Shown piece after piece: positions 61,008 to 64,000 of a DNA stretch of 64,000 nt. Origin of the DNA: Oculina patagonica (Eukaryota); the NCBI RefSeq assembly GCF_052425735.1, contig NC_135771.1, positions 8,308,001 through 8,372,000 on the forward strand, in the 5' to 3' direction. A program made the position numbers and the translations under genes. Below the pieces are notes generated by a model. That model worked only from the letters and a program-made list of their open reading frames with translations, searched no databases and had not been told where the DNA came from. Every line of letters starts with the position of its first letter. Within the stretch, counting starts at the first letter, position 1.

Positions 61008-61577
61008 CCCTTAACATGCTTAGCGCGGATTATTCCGGGATTTGGAGGAATGGCCATTCTGCCACTTATGACGTCACCAATTTACACGTCAGCAGATTTT
61101 TGTGATTTGCATCTTATAGAGCTGGGATAGATCTTTCCACAGGACTGTCCATCTTCAATATTGACTGAATTCCGACAGAGCTAATCGAAAAAAACGCGAT
61201 CAGTTTTTGGTGTAAAATTGGTGCTAAAACAGGCCAAAATACCCGTACTTGATCATGATCTCCTTTCCAGGGTTTTCCATTGATTCAGATCAAAACTTTT
61301 CAGGCCAGTAGAAGGGGTGCACAGAGTAAAAGATAGAGAGAATAAGAAAGCAGAGAAAAACGAAAAGGAAAGGAGCAAAGAAAAAATCGGAACGGTTCAG
61401 CAAAAAAAAAAAAAAAAAAAATTGTACATTTTTACATGGAAATTTCATCAAAATCTTCCTGCATTGTCAGAAAGTGCATTTTTAGCAAATTTAGAGAACT
61501 TTTGGACCGTAGAGCCAAGAAAATCGATAAACGGTTAAAGAAACGCGTTTTTAGGAATAATTTCAGCATATTAAAGG
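61008..61577. mobile_element. piggyBac-type MITE inside K10
   Basis: TTAA duplicated; ends cccttaacatgct / agcatattaaagg. Confidence 0.85.
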
Positions 61578-63032
61578 TTAAATGTGTGTCGTGCGTGGGC
61601 CAGTATGGTGTGTCTGAAGGGTACACTCTATGTGCTGGGTGGCACAAATAACAGTTCACCAAGTGAATTGATTCTTGAATGCTGTGACCCTACAGAGGAC
61701 AAGTGGATCCAGAAGACAACCATACCAGTGAAAACGATCTCCGAAGAAAGTAAAGATACATTCACCGGGTGTGCACTGAAACTCTCCAAAGGAGTGCTGG
61801 ACAAAGCTCACATTGTTAAACTAAAAGAATAGTCCCGCAGCTGTTTGGAACGGTTATATTTGATCACTTCGATCTGAAAAATAATTGCAGATTGTGAGGA
61901 AAATAGGAAAACGAGAGCAGACTGGGAAGAGACGGAAGAGGAAATGAATCCAGTCGTTCATAACTTGACCTGTTGGCTTGCGTTTTTGTGTTTTCCACAC
62001 AATAATTGTTTAACACTTTACATTTGATGCTTGGTCTCAAGGAAACGGTTGTCGTCTATGCAGAGTCTGTTTATTAGCTTCAGTTTAGCGCTTGACTGAT
62101 GAAGCTGACAGTTGAAGATCTGTAAACGCTACTTCGTTGGTTTAACGATTTTCATACATTTTACAGCAAAGATTCCTTTCAAGTTTACCATTTTTCGACA
62201 TAAATTTACAGTAGAATGAATGAACATATTTACCGCGTCGTTTCGAGTATGTTTTACATCATTCAAATTCACTCAAAATGATTTAAGAGATGTTAAATAA
62301 TTTCCCATAAAATTGACAAACACTATTATTTCGAAAGTGTCTACTCACCGACAGATTGGTCAAGTGACCTTCAGCTCGAAGTAGCAGTAGGACTATTGTA
62401 TGAGCGTGATTCTTTTTAAACCTAGCGCGCGTGCCCAACATCATCACGTGTCACACTTTTCTCGTTCCCAGAACCTCCGGGTCTACTTGTCAGCGGCAGG
62501 GAGGGTCAAGGGCTCTGGAAACGAGACTGGTTTTTAAATAGCGATTTATCTCCCCTAATTACATAACCACGAACATATAGAAGTGAATAACTGTTACAGT
62601 ACACTGCCAAACCAAACAACGATTGTATGCTTGCGTGAGAAAAAAATAGCAAAAAATCGAGGCTATAAAAATCACGCAAGAAGTTAGAAAATTAAGTTAG
62701 AAGCTAAAATGTCACGTAAGATGTTAAAAATTGCACGAGAAGTTAACAAAAATCGTGTGAGAAGTTATAAAGTTCTAATATGTATAGCGGAGCTGTAGTG
62801 TTTGTTTTTCATGTAAGACAAACTTACAACAAAAGTTGTAAGCCAGAACTTTCATGGCGAACAGTTGGTAGCTGCGAATTTTCGCCATTGTATTATTTTT
62901 GTTGTTGGATTGTTAGGTATAGTTTAGCTTAGTCATATTTAAGCTTATCAAGATTCTTAACTGAAAGAAACACCATGTTAAAATAAAGTAATTGGATTTG
63001 AAACCAAGCGAATCGTCCAGGAAATTCATATA

Positions 63033-63211
63033 CAGTGGAACCTGGATATAACGAAGGGCCAAGGGACTGGCAAATATGTTCGCTATAACGAGCGAGGTTT
63101 CGTTGTATGAAGGTTCTTTTCCATATGTTTTACTATTACTAGGGCGAAGAATATAGTTGGTTATATCGAGGACTTCGTTAGATAGAGGTTCGTTAGATCG
63201 AGGTTCCACTG
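63033..63211. mobile_element. TA-target MITE
   Basis: ta|cagtggaacct ... aggttccactg|ta. Confidence 0.85.
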
Positions 63212-64000
63212 TACTTAAACAAAGAATACTAGTATCTTGAAATCGTGGCTTGCAAGGTTCCCTCGCCCGGGATCACTATCACTTTCCTTACAAAACCTGC
63301 TCAGCAACGTAAAACAAAATTAACCAGCAAAATCTGCATCGTTCAAAGTGTCTCAAAACGCCGGTGCTTAACCCGGCTCTGTTCACGATGCGATGCTAGT
63401 CCATGGCAGGCTTAACCCCCAGATTCACAGTGAGTTGTGTCTTGCCCAAGAACACGACACAATGACACCGGCCAGGGCTCGAATCCAGACCGCTTGATCC
63501 GGAGCCTCTTTGCAGTTCTATCAAAACGGGAATTTTCAAAAGGAACAGATTCTTTTCGTTCCGTTAACGTGATGGGAAGATTTGAACTGTTCCATTTGAG
63601 GAAAAATTCTCACCGAAAGTTCCATGTAAGTGAAAAGTGCCACAGGATACTAACCATTAAGACACCGCGCCTCTCCAGCAACCGTGGGTGGAGCAGGCTG
63701 GTCACCCTGCTTTCAAATTCTTTCCCTCTACACGTTTTTCTTGTTGGCTGATAGAAATTTATTTACAACCTGAGCACTTTCCATTTGTATGGAAAAACCG
63801 GTTATTTCGGTTGGAAATTTAATGGAACGGGCCTTTCCATTGAAAAATTTTCGAAAAAAAAGAATACCTTCAGAGGTATCCCTCTTTCCCCGTTTCTCCC
63901 GGATTGACCGGAAATTTACTGTTCCGTTTGTTACAACCAGACCGTTCGTTGGCAAAGCAAGGTCAGCAATTGACATTTGAACGCTAAAATTTACCCGTTG

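Larger units (their letters stand above)
58187..61832 (+). pseudogene. K10: Kelch-like pseudogene
   Basis: ATG at 58187, then a ~670-bp deletion of BTB-BACK at a tat microhomology that creates a TAA. It also has a TGG>TGA at 60986-88 and two transposon insertions. Kelch pieces are at 58284-58669, 60677-61007 and 61578-61832. Confidence 0.92.

Noticed and set aside
10679-61832. Each paralog is an independent retrocopy
   Set aside because: No poly(A) tails or TSDs border the genes, and promoters and flanks are shared, so amplification was DNA-level. Only the founder might be a retrogene.

Overview
AT-rich eukaryotic genomic DNA, most likely an animal. The SINE and MITE complement resembles anthozoan/coral genomes, but that is inference. 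From 10.7 to 61.8 kb the window holds a tandem cluster of ten intronless BTB-BACK-Kelch (KLHL-type, predicted Cullin-3 substrate adaptor) loci, numbered K1-K10 by position. Six are intact ORFs (K2 12781, K3 18725, K5 36702, K7 44023, K8 53080 minus, K9 53336) and four are disabled (K1, K4, K6 fragment, K10). The BTB halves are nearly identical even at silent sites. The Kelch propeller loops are hypervariable in sequence and length and are shared in a patchwork between paralogs. Most copies keep a compact CRE + ETS/IRF-like (+/- STAT-like) 5' block. Two head-to-head pairs share one such block, and their minus-strand members carry a unique FxFG-repeat C-terminal tail. My working hypothesis is a diversifying, possibly immune-inducible ubiquitin-ligase adaptor repertoire. 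Intergenic DNA is full of nested non-autonomous transposons (many confirmed by empty paralogous sites), a self-nested Helentron-type array, a Penelope-type hammerhead ribozyme and tRNA-derived SINEs. The first 7 kb holds a ~175-bp satellite, probably inside an intron of a weakly supported minus-strand gene. All alignments were done by eye.
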